A stretch of 53,758 bases of DNA, from NCBI GenBank assembly GCA_964482665.1, contig CAYZYW010000002.1, positions 1 through 53,758 on the forward strand, written 5' to 3'. Shown piece after piece: positions 34,646 through 43,672 of this stretch. Both the position numbers and the translations under genes were made by a program. Source of the DNA: Candidatus Woesearchaeota archaeon. Lineage in GTDB: Archaea > Nanobdellota > Nanobdellia > Pacearchaeales > GW2011-AR1. The notes under the pieces are model-generated. The model was not told the DNA's origin. It saw only the letters and a program-made list of their open reading frames with translations, and made no database searches. The first letter of the stretch is position 1, and each line of letters starts with the position of its first letter.

Positions 34646-34762
34646 TTATCTACTTCTAGCACGTCTTAGTTTACGTTTGTGTTTTTCTTTCCTTAATCTT
34701 TTTCGTTGCCATTTCCAACGCATCTGTCCTTTCTTTTTCCATCTACGGCTTGATCTTTTCAT
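34646..34762 (-). CDS. rpl41e: ribosomal protein eL41 (L41e), 38 aa, missed by the ORF track
   Basis: MKRSSRRWKKKGQMRWKWQRKRLRKEKHKRKLRRARSR matches the archaeal L41e RRWKKKGRMRWKW signature. Confidence 0.85.
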   Translation of the reverse strand: MKRSSRRWKKKGQMRWKWQRKRLRKEKHKRKLRRARSR

Positions 34763-34800
34763 ATATGATTTTGGTAAAATTCGTTTTTAAAGATTTTGGT

Positions 34801-36360
34801 TTATTGCTGAATTCCGAATTCTTTCAAAACTCCAGATTGATCTTTATAATATCTATTAATAATGTTTTGAACATCTTGGAATTTGAATATTTTTTTATTA
34901 AGTAGTTTATGCATTAATTGTGTACGTATTTGAAATTCATGTTCAAGTTTTTGTATTGAAATTCCGTGTCGTTTTGTTATTTTTTGGAAAATTTGATTGT
35001 TTCTTTTGAAGTAAAATTGATCTTCTGCTGGGTTCCATATCGATGGCGTATTGGTTTGTGCGATTCCATTTGATTTAACGTTTACGATTTCGACTATTTC
35101 TTTTAATTTACGTGTTTCTTGGTCATTTACAATTGCATGAGTCATAATGCAAACACAATCTAAAACGTTTAACAATGTTGGAGAAAGTTCGATTGGTGGG
35201 GTTTCTAATCTTTTAATTAAAGTTTCAACCGAGTCTGCGTGAATGGTATTTATTGATGAGTGCCCTGAGGCCATTCCTTGGAATAATACAGATGCCTCTT
35301 TTCCTCTAACTTCACCAACAATTACATAATCTGGGTTTTGTCTGAATGAACTTTTTAATAAGGTAAACAAATCTATTTCTCCTGTGTCTCCTACTCCGGT
35401 TGCACTTCTTGCTACACTTGGTAACCAATTTTCTCTTGGAAGATTTAATTCTCGCGTATCTTCAATTGAAACAACTCTTGATTCGGGGGGAATAAAAAAT
35501 GCTATAGCGTTTAATAAAGTTGTTTTTCCCGATGCTGTTCCTCCTGCAATTAAAAGATTCATTTTATATTGAATTAATAACCAAAGATATGCAAGCATTT
35601 CTGGACTTAATGTCCTGAAGGATAAAAGTTGAGTTGGTGTCCATGGTGTTTTTGTAAATTTACGTATGGTAAATGTTGGACCACGACTTGTAATATCTTT
35701 TGTATATGTTGCATTTACACGACTTCCGTCTGGAAGGCTTCCGTCTAAAATTGGTTTTGCATATGAAATATATTTACCACATCTCTGTGCTAATTTTTCA
35801 ACAAAACTTGCTAAGATAGGCATGTCATTAAATATAATATTTGTTTTTAAATTACGGTAAATTCTGTGGACAATATAAATTGGAGTATCAGATCCATTAC
35901 ATTCAATATCTTCAACAAAATAATCTTTTAGTAGCGGTTCTGCTTCATTGAATCCTATAAAATCTCGTACAAGATAATAATATATTTTTTTATAACTTTC
36001 ATATGAAATACTCATCCCTAATTCAACTGCTAAAATTTTAAACATTCTATCAATGTATTCTAAAAGTTTTTCTTGATCTCGTTCAACAATTGAATCAAAG
36101 CTTATCATATTGCTCATTGCTTCAACTAATTCTTTTTTATATGTTTTTTCAGATTCGGTTAAAATTGGTTCTTCAACTTCATACATTAATTCGAATGTTT
36201 TTTTATTCCAGTAAATATGAACAAAAACAAAGGGATCAATTAAACAATATCTTACATCTATTTTTGTTTTGTCTTTTAATTTTTTTAAAGGGGGATTTTT
36301 AGGTGTAAAATTTATTTTTATACGAGGATAATTTTGTATGCTTAAATTTTTTTCAACCAT
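34801..36360 (-). CDS. type IV pilus/archaellum-type assembly ATPase (FlaI/PilB/GspE superfamily)
   Basis: Walker A GGTASGKTT, Asp box, Walker B VIVGEVRGKEA and a His box. Last gene of the pilin operon. Confidence 0.85.
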   Translation of the reverse strand: MVEKNLSIQNYPRIKINFTPKNPPLKKLKDKTKIDVRYCLIDPFVFVHIYWNKKTFELMYEVEEPILTESEKTYKKELVEAMSNMISFDSIVERDQEKLLEYIDRMFKILAVELGMSISYESYKKIYYYLVRDFIGFNEAEPLLKDYFVEDIECNGSDTPIYIVHRIYRNLKTNIIFNDMPILASFVEKLAQRCGKYISYAKPILDGSLPDGSRVNATYTKDITSRGPTFTIRKFTKTPWTPTQLLSFRTLSPEMLAYLWLLIQYKMNLLIAGGTASGKTTLLNAIAFFIPPESRVVSIEDTRELNLPRENWLPSVARSATGVGDTGEIDLFTLLKSSFRQNPDYVIVGEVRGKEASVLFQGMASGHSSINTIHADSVETLIKRLETPPIELSPTLLNVLDCVCIMTHAIVNDQETRKLKEIVEIVNVKSNGIAQTNTPSIWNPAEDQFYFKRNNQIFQKITKRHGISIQKLEHEFQIRTQLMHKLLNKKIFKFQDVQNIINRYYKDQSGVLKEFGIQQ

Positions 36361-36980
36361 CAGTTTACCTCTAAGTTGATATTAAGTTTACTTTGAACTA
36401 TACATCTGTCTTCTGTATTACAATATGAATTTTCTATTGGACTTCTGCATCTTTTTGGATTTCCAGCACAAGCTCCTACATCTGTTTCAGTTTTTCCATT
36501 ATTTGATATTGAAATTTTGTAAGGTGTTGATGCTTTTGCTAATGATTTTATTTCGTCTTTTGATTTTACAGTTATATTGTATTTATCTGAATAATTTAAA
36601 GTTAAAGTAATTGTGTTGAATTTTCCGTTTGGTGTAGTTAATGCTTTAATTCCACCTATTTCTATAATGCTTCCTGGTTCACTATAGACATGTTTGCTTT
36701 CCATTTCAAATATGAAAAGATTGTTTTCTCCATCTAGATGAAGTGTTCCTTTTTTTAATCCGATATCAATTATTCTTTTGTTCGCTGGTCCAAGTTGTAC
36801 GACTGATAAAATTAACATATCTATATCTTCAAGTATACTAAGAGATTGTTCTATGATTGCTTTGTCTTGAATTTCTTCTATTTTTGGTTTTACGAAAGAT
36901 AAGACTGCTCCAATTAAAACAAATGCGATTAAAGTATATATAACTGTTTCAACCCAAACTTGTCCATTTTTTTTAAACAT
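36360..36980 (-). CDS. pilin-like protein (class III signal peptide)
   Basis: Start at the internal ATG preceded by GAGGTGA. MFKKNG|QVWVETVIYTLIAFVLIG has Gly at -1 and Glu at +5. Confidence 0.6.
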   Translation of the reverse strand: MFKKNGQVWVETVIYTLIAFVLIGAVLSFVKPKIEEIQDKAIIEQSLSILEDIDMLILSVVQLGPANKRIIDIGLKKGTLHLDGENNLFIFEMESKHVYSEPGSIIEIGGIKALTTPNGKFNTITLTLNYSDKYNITVKSKDEIKSLAKASTPYKISISNNGKTETDVGACAGNPKRCRSPIENSYCNTEDRCIVQSKLNINLEVN

Positions 36981-37029
36981 ATTCACCTCAAAAGTATAAG
37001 ATAAATTTAGTTTAATAATGTTTTTAAAG

Positions 37030-37512
37030 TTAGCAAGTTCGAATAGATAAAATTGAATCAACTATTTCACATTGATTTGAATTAATTGTGGGTGCGATTT
37101 CTATTGAAGTAATATCTCCAAAACCTGTTGTGTCAAATGTATAGGTTTTTCCTGAATTTGCGGAAGGAAGCTTTATTATATTGTTTCGTCCTGTTAATAG
37201 TGGATCTTCAAAATTGTCTTTTAGCCTAAATGTTTTTGTGTTATCTTTTGAAGATATTGCTACGAGTAATTCATCTACTTTAATATCTTTAAAGCTGATT
37301 GAGAAATTGAATTGATTTAAATTTTTATTATAGCATGTGTAATCGTTGTTTAAAGTTATTTTGTCGAGAATTGCAAAACATGATTCAGATTCATCTATTT
37401 TATCTTTTACAATATTATTTACAATTCCCCAAACAACAGAAGTTATTACCATTACTAATGCTATCATTAAAATTGTTGCGACCACGCCAGACATTGCTTT
37501 TTTTGATTTCAT
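37030..37512 (-). CDS. pilin-like protein (DUF361-type N-terminus)
   Basis: MKSKKAMSGVVATILMIALVMVITSVVW. An alternative start lies at 37524. Confidence 0.65.
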   Translation of the reverse strand: MKSKKAMSGVVATILMIALVMVITSVVWGIVNNIVKDKIDESESCFAILDKITLNNDYTCYNKNLNQFNFSISFKDIKVDELLVAISSKDNTKTFRLKDNFEDPLLTGRNNIIKLPSANSGKTYTFDTTGFGDITSIEIAPTINSNQCEIVDSILSIRTC

Positions 37513-37513
37513 T

Positions 37514-37960
37514 TTATATTTCATAAGGTTCTAATGAAGAACATTCAAATTCTTTTTTTCCTTCATTGTCTAATCCAAGTAAAATTGGTATTAGTTCTAT
37601 TTTGTCATATTCCCCAAATGTTTGTATTTCTGAAAATGTTGCACTAATAGGTAAACCCTTTGATGGCCAGTTAAATATTTCTTTAACGCTATGTTCTCCA
37701 CCTGAATAAATTTTTGCCATCATTTTATAGATTGGGACATTTCCTGAATTTACAATATTTAATATATTGCTATCATAAGTTGCTTTAAATTCGATGTCTT
37801 CACATGTTTGTTCAGCATTTTTTCCAAATTTGATTACTGTTTCTTGAATCATTCCTCTGAACCATAAAAAAATTATCAAACCTAATACAACAACGATTGC
37901 TATCAATAAAACAGTTGCTACGACGGGCGAAATTCCTTTTTTGTTTATCCTCTTTTTCAT
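37514..37960 (-). CDS. pilin-like protein (DUF361-type N-terminus)
   Basis: MKKRINKKGISPVVATVLLIAIVVVLGLIIF. Confidence 0.7.
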   Translation of the reverse strand: MKKRINKKGISPVVATVLLIAIVVVLGLIIFLWFRGMIQETVIKFGKNAEQTCEDIEFKATYDSNILNIVNSGNVPIYKMMAKIYSGGEHSVKEIFNWPSKGLPISATFSEIQTFGEYDKIELIPILLGLDNEGKKEFECSSLEPYEI

Positions 37961-37996
37961 AGTTGTTTAATGTAATTTTGTTTTAAATATGTTATG

Positions 37997-38506
37997 TTAT
38001 TGACAGGTTATCTGTTCGCTTATTTTTGCGTCTCCGCAATTTATTTGTTTTCCTGTTTCATCTATAATAATTGGTAAGATATCAATTGATGTTGGGTCTA
38101 TATTTATATTTAAAAAATTTTGTTCGTTAGAAATTTTTCCAACTCCAAAGGGTGATAGGAATTTTATAAAATTTTTAGAACCTTCATTGAATTTTGAAAG
38201 ATCATATACAGCTAATTCTTGATTTTCTGTTGCTGCATGAATGTAATATCCGCTGATATTAAATCGTCCGTTATTTTTTAATATTAAATTTATATTAAAT
38301 TTTCCGCTTATGGATGTGCAAGATAATTCAGAAATTGTTAATGAAATTCCGTCGGGGCATTCAATAGGATCGTTTGGTACATATGATTTCATCCATGTGT
38401 AAACAATGCCTCCCATTACAACTGCTATTGAAACTAATAAAATATATCCAATCATTGCGCTAACAGCTTTTTTTGATTTCTTAACCTGTAACGACATATT
38501 TTTCAT
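37997..38506 (-). CDS. pilin-like protein
   Basis: VKKSKKAVSAMIGYILLVSIAVVMGGIVY. Confidence 0.6.
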   Translation of the reverse strand: MKNMSLQVKKSKKAVSAMIGYILLVSIAVVMGGIVYTWMKSYVPNDPIECPDGISLTISELSCTSISGKFNINLILKNNGRFNISGYYIHAATENQELAVYDLSKFNEGSKNFIKFLSPFGVGKISNEQNFLNINIDPTSIDILPIIIDETGKQINCGDAKISEQITCQ

Positions 38507-39002
38507 CTCCTATTTCTTGTGATACAATAAAGTAAAAATTTTCACCGGGCTTAATTCCGAATTCATAATCAACACCATCTATATCTACAACAACTTTGTT
38601 ATTTGTTATTTCTAAATTTTCATTAATTTCTCTATTTTTATTTTTTATAATTAACTTTGATCGTCCTCCGATTTCAACGCTGAATTGTCCGTGTGTTGCT
38701 TCGGTATATTTGTAAAGATTAATTTCGCTTTTGTCTCCTATGATGAAATACATATTTTTTCCCTCACCTGCAAAATCAGTATATGTTCCGCTGAAATGAA
38801 CTAATAGCGCTTCAACGGTTTCACCTTTTTTTATTCCATAGTCAATCACTTCTACACTTTCAATATTTAATTCTTGTTTTAAATCATAAATTGTGTAATC
38901 TGATGCTTTTTTTGAGGTGTTTGATACAACTGAAAATCCGATAATTATTGCAACGATAACGATTGCAGCTAATAAATAAAATTGACCTCTTTTATTTTTC
39001 AT
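38481..39002 (-). CDS. pilin-like protein
   Basis: MKNKRGQFYLLAAIVIVAIIIGFSV. First gene of the operon. Confidence 0.55.
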   Translation of the reverse strand: MKNKRGQFYLLAAIVIVAIIIGFSVVSNTSKKASDYTIYDLKQELNIESVEVIDYGIKKGETVEALLVHFSGTYTDFAGEGKNMYFIIGDKSEINLYKYTEATHGQFSVEIGGRSKLIIKNKNREINENLEITNNKVVVDIDGVDYEFGIKPGENFYFIVSQEIGDEKYVVTG

Positions 39003-39053
39003 AAATAAAATAAGAGAAAGTGGTTTAAATATTTTTATAATTAAAAATAAAAT

Positions 39054-39311
39054 GTAGACCGAGCAACTAGCTCAAGGATTGTCAAGAAGCTACCTTTATT
39101 TTTTCTCAGTTCTGCTACCTGTTAAGCATCTGTGTGGATGTTTAGGGCTGCTCCGATCAAGGTCTGACCCGGTTCGCATCTACAAGATCAAAACAGACAA
39201 AACGTCAACGTCCAAATAAAGACTTTTCGACGCACATATCACGCATTGCTCGTAGTCTGCCATAAAGCCCGTTTGCAAATAGCGGAGGGCTAACCCGCTG
39301 ATCTAGTCTAC
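39054..39311 (-). ncRNA. signal recognition particle RNA (7S/SRP RNA), short form
   Basis: GC-rich island. Minus-strand GGTCAGACC..TCGGAGCAGCC (39145-39172) resembles the helix-8 GGUCAGGUCCGGAAGGAAGCAGCC motif. The 5' GTAGAC pairs with the 3' GTCTAC. TATA lies at -25 and a T-run follows the 3' end. Confidence 0.65.
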
Positions 39312-39330
39312 GAAAATATGAAGAAATAAG

Positions 39331-39340
39331 GGTTTAAATG
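39331..39340 (-). promoter_or_regulatory. TATA box (CATTTAAACC on minus strand) about 25 nt upstream of the SRP RNA 5' end
   Basis: Position relative to the terminal helix of the RNA. Confidence 0.45.
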
Positions 39341-39350
39341 ATTTGTGGGT

Positions 39351-40067
39351 TTACTTTTTTCGTTTTAAAATTAAGCTTAAAATCAATATTAAAATTAAGG
39401 TTATTAAGATATTAAAAATTAAAAATATTGGTATAATTTGATTATTAGTATTTTTGGATTTAAATGTTAGTTCGCAAGCCATTGTTTCAATTGGTTTATT
39501 GTATGAAATTTTACAATGATTTGTATCAAGGCATGTTCGATACATCATTCCATCTGATGTGCACTTTGTCCATGAACCACATTTCCAATTTGAATCGCAA
39601 TATTGTTTAAATTTTATAGAACCGCATGATGATCGATTTGAAATTACTTGTGTTGAGTTTGTTTGATTTGTACCAGGATCTGTTTGGTTGTTTTCAGTTT
39701 CGTTTATATGTGGGCCGAATATAAATTTGTACCATGATGTTTCAGATGTTCCGTATGAGTTTTTTGCAGATATTTTGTATGAAACTTCTTTTCCTTCGAT
39801 AGCTTCGAAATAAGATGATGTTAAGTTTCGACAATATAATTCATTTTCAGAATATAAAAAGAGATTTGCACTATGTGATTCCCATTCTAATAAAATTCGT
39901 GTTTCGATTAATTCTGAATCGTTTTGAATTTTTGCACAAATTTTTAAAGTTCCATCATAAGCAGGAATTTCAGGTGAATGTTCTATGTTTAAAATAGTTG
40001 GAACCGTGTTTGCGCAAATAAAATTAAGTAGGAAGATTATAGAGAATATTAATAATATTTTATTCAT
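39351..40067 (-). CDS. secreted Cys-rich surface protein with C-terminal TM anchor
   Basis: Signal peptide, N-glycosylation sequons, a Cys cluster, and a C-terminal hydrophobic helix followed by KRKK. Confidence 0.6.
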   Translation of the reverse strand: MNKILLIFSIIFLLNFICANTVPTILNIEHSPEIPAYDGTLKICAKIQNDSELIETRILLEWESHSANLFLYSENELYCRNLTSSYFEAIEGKEVSYKISAKNSYGTSETSWYKFIFGPHINETENNQTDPGTNQTNSTQVISNRSSCGSIKFKQYCDSNWKCGSWTKCTSDGMMYRTCLDTNHCKISYNKPIETMACELTFKSKNTNNQIIPIFLIFNILITLILILILSLILKRKK

Positions 40068-40923
40068 TTTTTTTAGTAGTTTTTTTTAATTGTAAGAAGA
40101 TTATAATTGTTCCACATATTAAAATCATTGTTGCGAAAATTACTCCAAGTCCTGTTTTTGTTTTTATAAAACCTATAACTGATCCTGTAATTCCAAATGA
40201 TTTTTTTCTATCTTGTTCTGTGTTTATTTGTGAAGTTATTTTTATAGGATTTTTATTTTCTGTATTTTTATCTGTTGGTGTTTTTATAGTTGAAATTATT
40301 TTTGAACCACTCGATCCGCCAGATCCTCCTGAGTTACCACCACTTGAACATGTTCCGCAATCTTGTAAGCAGCTTGAACATGTTTCTCCATTATTACATA
40401 TTCCGTCTCCGCATGTTTCTTTTGCTAATGAGCAATTTGAATAATCTATTAAGCAAAAAGTATCGCAGGAAATTGTTCCTATGAATCCGTTCCCGCATGA
40501 AGTTCTTCCTGCTAGATTTATTCTATCGCATTCTTCTCCTAAATCAATGATTGTGTTACCGCAGGTTGTTTCCTCGTCAGGTTTTTCACCTACGGATAAG
40601 TTTAGTTTTTCACCTACACCCCAATCTTCTTGCCCAGTATAATAGCCATTTTCATTTGTTGCTATATTGTTTATTGAAAAAGATAATTCTCCACTAGATC
40701 CGAAACACGGTGAAATGTCAATTTCATATTCACCATTTAAAACTTCACCAATTCCTATTGTGCTTCCGCTCATTGTTGCACGTATTTCGTAGCTTCCTTT
40801 TAATAATAAATCTTCATAAAAAACAAATCCGGAATATGTCTTAGGAATACTTGGTGGACAGTTTGCGGCTAAAATAAAACCCAATGTTAAAATTAAAATC
40901 ATTAAGGGTAGTATTTTTTTCAT
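40060..40923 (-). CDS. secreted Cys-rich repeat protein (CGNxxxDxGEECD type) with Gly/Ser linker and C-terminal TM anchor
   Basis: Signal peptide, CGNTIIDLGEECD and CGDGICNNGETC repeats, SSGGNSGGSGGSSGS, and a C-terminal TM segment. Confidence 0.6.
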   Translation of the reverse strand: MKKILPLMILILTLGFILAANCPPSIPKTYSGFVFYEDLLLKGSYEIRATMSGSTIGIGEVLNGEYEIDISPCFGSSGELSFSINNIATNENGYYTGQEDWGVGEKLNLSVGEKPDEETTCGNTIIDLGEECDRINLAGRTSCGNGFIGTISCDTFCLIDYSNCSLAKETCGDGICNNGETCSSCLQDCGTCSSGGNSGGSGGSSGSKIISTIKTPTDKNTENKNPIKITSQINTEQDRKKSFGITGSVIGFIKTKTGLGVIFATMILICGTIIIFLQLKKTTKKNE

Positions 40924-41037
40924 ATATTAAAAATATTGTTTCAGTTTAAAAGTATTATTGTGATTAGAAGTATGTTTTGGAATGAGAGAGTTGTTTTTAT
41001 ATCTAAATATTTATAATGTTTAAAGTTAGGAATTTTT

Positions 41038-41685
41038 ATGAGAAAAATGGAAAAGCCGTGGTGGGTTCCGCATCCAAATAGAATTAGTGCTGTAGCTTTG
41101 CTTTGTACGGGGGCTGGTGTTGGAATTGTTTATGGAGCAGATAATTGTGTTTCAGAATTGGGAGGATTGGCTTTGATAATTGCGGGAGATATTGGAGATA
41201 AGGTTGATGGATTTGTTGCTAAGAAATATGAAAATATGAAAACAAAAGAGGGTGCTAAGTTGGATCCATTATTTGATAAAGGAAAAAATCTTTTGGTTGG
41301 AGGATATTGTGTTGCAAAAGAATGTTTGAAAGAAAATGTGATTTTTCCAGCATCGATGATTGCGAATTGGGGTGTTAATTATTATTCTCAAATGAAGCGT
41401 GGTAATATTGTTAATCAAATTGAGGAAGCTACAGGTGCAATTATATTTCCTGAAAATTGTAAAGTTGATAATGATAAAAATTCTACAGATCGAGCAAATA
41501 GTTTTGGCAGAGTTAAGGCGTTAGGTCAAGTTTTGGCTGCAGATACATATATTCTTTATGATATTTTGCAAAGTCATAATATTATTAATACAAATACAAC
41601 AGAATGGGTGCCATATGTTTTGGCAAGTATTCTGGGAGTTTCTGCAGGATGGGGTTATTTGGGAGTAAAGAAAAGAATTAATTAA
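41038..41685 (+). CDS. CDP-alcohol phosphatidyltransferase family membrane protein
   Basis: DKVDGFVAK..(9)..GAKLDPLFD fits the D-G-x2-A-R...G-x3-D-x3-D motif. Several TM segments. Confidence 0.55.
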   Translation: MRKMEKPWWVPHPNRISAVALLCTGAGVGIVYGADNCVSELGGLALIIAGDIGDKVDGFVAKKYENMKTKEGAKLDPLFDKGKNLLVGGYCVAKECLKENVIFPASMIANWGVNYYSQMKRGNIVNQIEEATGAIIFPENCKVDNDKNSTDRANSFGRVKALGQVLAADTYILYDILQSHNIINTNTTEWVPYVLASILGVSAGWGYLGVKKRIN

Positions 41686-41723
41686 TTCATTAATTATATA
41701 AATTAGGTTTTGTATTTTTAACT

Positions 41724-42419
41724 ATGAGAGGTGTTTTAAGTAAAAAGGGTTCGCATGTTGGAATGATTTTGTCGTTTTTGATTTTCGTGACTTTTATTGC
41801 TTTTCTCTATAGTGCGATTGCTCCCGTTACAAAAATGCAAAAAGATAAGCAGGTTGTTTTAGATTTTTTAAAAATGGCTTTAGTTGAAAATTCGTCAGGC
41901 GATTTAACAATTGTTACAGTTTCGCTTGGGAATGAAAAATGTGGAGAATTAAATGTTGATGAAATAGATGTTAATAATTTAAATATTATTGTAAAGGATA
42001 GTGATGGAGGAATTTTAGATTTTAAAAAGAGTGGTAATAATGTTAAATTTTCAAATGAAGCGTTTAAGGTTTATTTTTCAAAGGATATTGAAAGTTTAAG
42101 GGAGGGCTATTTTGATAGTGGTAGTGTTAAATGTAAAAAAATTGATCCAAGTTTAGTTAAAACAGAAACAGAGGTTTTCGAATCAAAAATAGGTGATATG
42201 TTATATATGTATGAAAATAATTATGAGGTTTTAAAAGAAGGAATGAATGTTCCAGCGGGAAGTGATTTTGGCTTTGAGTTTGTAGATACTTTAGGTGATT
42301 CAATTAAAACTGAAGATAAAAATATTAGAACAGATATTTATGCAGAGGAAATTTCGTTTTTGTATATTGATTCAGAGGCAAATATTTTGCAGGGCTCGAT
42401 GATTATAAAAGTTTGGTAG
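41724..42419 (+). CDS. pilin-like protein
   Basis: MRGVLSKKGSHVGMILSFLIFVTFIAFLY N-terminus. Confidence 0.5.
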   Translation: MRGVLSKKGSHVGMILSFLIFVTFIAFLYSAIAPVTKMQKDKQVVLDFLKMALVENSSGDLTIVTVSLGNEKCGELNVDEIDVNNLNIIVKDSDGGILDFKKSGNNVKFSNEAFKVYFSKDIESLREGYFDSGSVKCKKIDPSLVKTETEVFESKIGDMLYMYENNYEVLKEGMNVPAGSDFGFEFVDTLGDSIKTEDKNIRTDIYAEEISFLYIDSEANILQGSMIIKVW

Positions 42420-42442
42420 TTATATTGAAGGAGAAAAATAAA

Positions 42443-42961
42443 ATGAGTATGGAAAATAAAATTTTAGTATATCATGGAACAAGTGTAGAGAATGGAATTA
42501 AAATTGCAAGAGATGGTAAAATACTTTCACCTTATGAGCAAAAATTAAAAGTAATCAAGAAAGATTTTCCCAAAAAAGGTTTTTTTGAGAAATATTCAAA
42601 TGGACAATCAATTGAAGATGTTGCAATGTATTGGGCATCTGGTGGTTTCCATGAACGAGAAATTGAATTTAGAGTAAAATGTTTCTCAATTTCATTGGAT
42701 AAAAAAGAAGCTTTTCGCTATGCAAAAAGATATGAAAATATGAATGGGGGATTGGTTTTTGGGGTTGAGATTAATGCTGAAATTTTAGCGGGCTTTAAGG
42801 GAGATCATCCCTCTATAAGGTTTGTTTCTAAAAAACTAAGTCTTAATGGATTAAAGGAAGTTTATCTTACCTCAAGAGCTTTAAGTTTAAAGATGCAAAT
42901 AAAGGCGGAATTTCAAAAATATAATTTAAATTTTTTTAAATTCATTAATTATATAAATTAG
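42443..42961 (+). CDS. hypothetical protein, possible divergent ADP-ribosyltransferase (H-Y-E-like) fold
   Basis: Start at the ATG after GGAG. ILVYHGTSVENGIKIARDGKIL, AMYWASGGF and GVEINAE loosely match PARP/Tpt1-type motifs. Confidence 0.3.
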   Translation: MSMENKILVYHGTSVENGIKIARDGKILSPYEQKLKVIKKDFPKKGFFEKYSNGQSIEDVAMYWASGGFHEREIEFRVKCFSISLDKKEAFRYAKRYENMNGGLVFGVEINAEILAGFKGDHPSIRFVSKKLSLNGLKEVYLTSRALSLKMQIKAEFQKYNLNFFKFINYIN

Positions 42962-42978
42962 TTTTTGTTATTATTTTT

Positions 42979-43419
42979 ATGATGAGGAAAAATAAGAGAG
43001 GTTGGATAAAAATTATAGAGGCGTTTATTGCGATTTTGTTGATTGCGGGTGTGTTGCTTGTTGTTATAGATAAGGGTTATATTAGTAAAGGTGGTGTTGG
43101 TAAAAAAATATATGAAGCTGAATTGTCAATACTTAGAGAAATTGAATTGGATGATAAATTAAGAAGTGAAATTTTAGAAATAGATGAGGATAAGCTTCCG
43201 AAAAAAGGTCCTCCAGGAGTTGTTCTTAAATTAGATATTCGAACTCCAGATTATCTTGAATGTGTTTCAATGGTTTGTGCAACAGATGTTATTTGTTTGG
43301 CTGATGTATATCATAATATTCCTTTGGATAAAGATGTATATTCAAAGGCGGTTCCGATTTTTGCAGAGCTTGATAAATATTCTCCACGACAATTGAAGTT
43401 GTTTTGCTGGACTGATTAA
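42979..43419 (+). CDS. pilin-like protein
   Basis: MMRKNKRGWIKIIEAFIAILLIAGVLLVV N-terminus. Confidence 0.55.
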   Translation: MMRKNKRGWIKIIEAFIAILLIAGVLLVVIDKGYISKGGVGKKIYEAELSILREIELDDKLRSEILEIDEDKLPKKGPPGVVLKLDIRTPDYLECVSMVCATDVICLADVYHNIPLDKDVYSKAVPIFAELDKYSPRQLKLFCWTD

Positions 43420-43635
43420 GAAACCCCTGGTTTCTTAATAACCTAAAGGTCACAAGCAACTTCCTCACGTTCATGTTGGGCAGCATCTTTCTTGCACTTT
43501 GGGATACTACATGGGCCCGTCTAGCGGTCCTTTTTCGTGTGCTGAATAAGTTAGGTTGTTGATGACAGGTAATAAATGGTTAACGAAAGGGAAGAAAAAA
43601 TTTTATGGGGTAGGTAGATTATTTGAGGGGGAATG
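43416..43635 (+). repeat. GC-rich hairpin element, copy 2 (upstream of rtcB)
   Basis: Aligns to copies 1 and 3. Its TTAA contains the stop codon of the pilin-like gene. Confidence 0.75.
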
Positions 43636-43640
43636 TAGAG

Positions 43641-43650
43641 TATTTTAAAA
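43641..43650 (+). promoter_or_regulatory. TATA box (tattttaaaa) about 27 nt upstream of the rtcB ATG
   Basis: Position and sequence pattern. Confidence 0.45.
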
Positions 43651-43672
43651 ACTACTTCATCTTCATTTTTTT

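Noticed and set aside
34578-34790. 70-aa plus-strand ORF
   Set aside because: It is antisense to the eL41 gene and overlaps the 5' end of tRNA-Glu.
43501-43560. tRNA-like start (GGGCCCGTCTAGCGG...) within the repeat copies
   Set aside because: The D loop would be about 15 nt and no anticodon-stem complement exists, so it is not a tRNA or a tRNA half.
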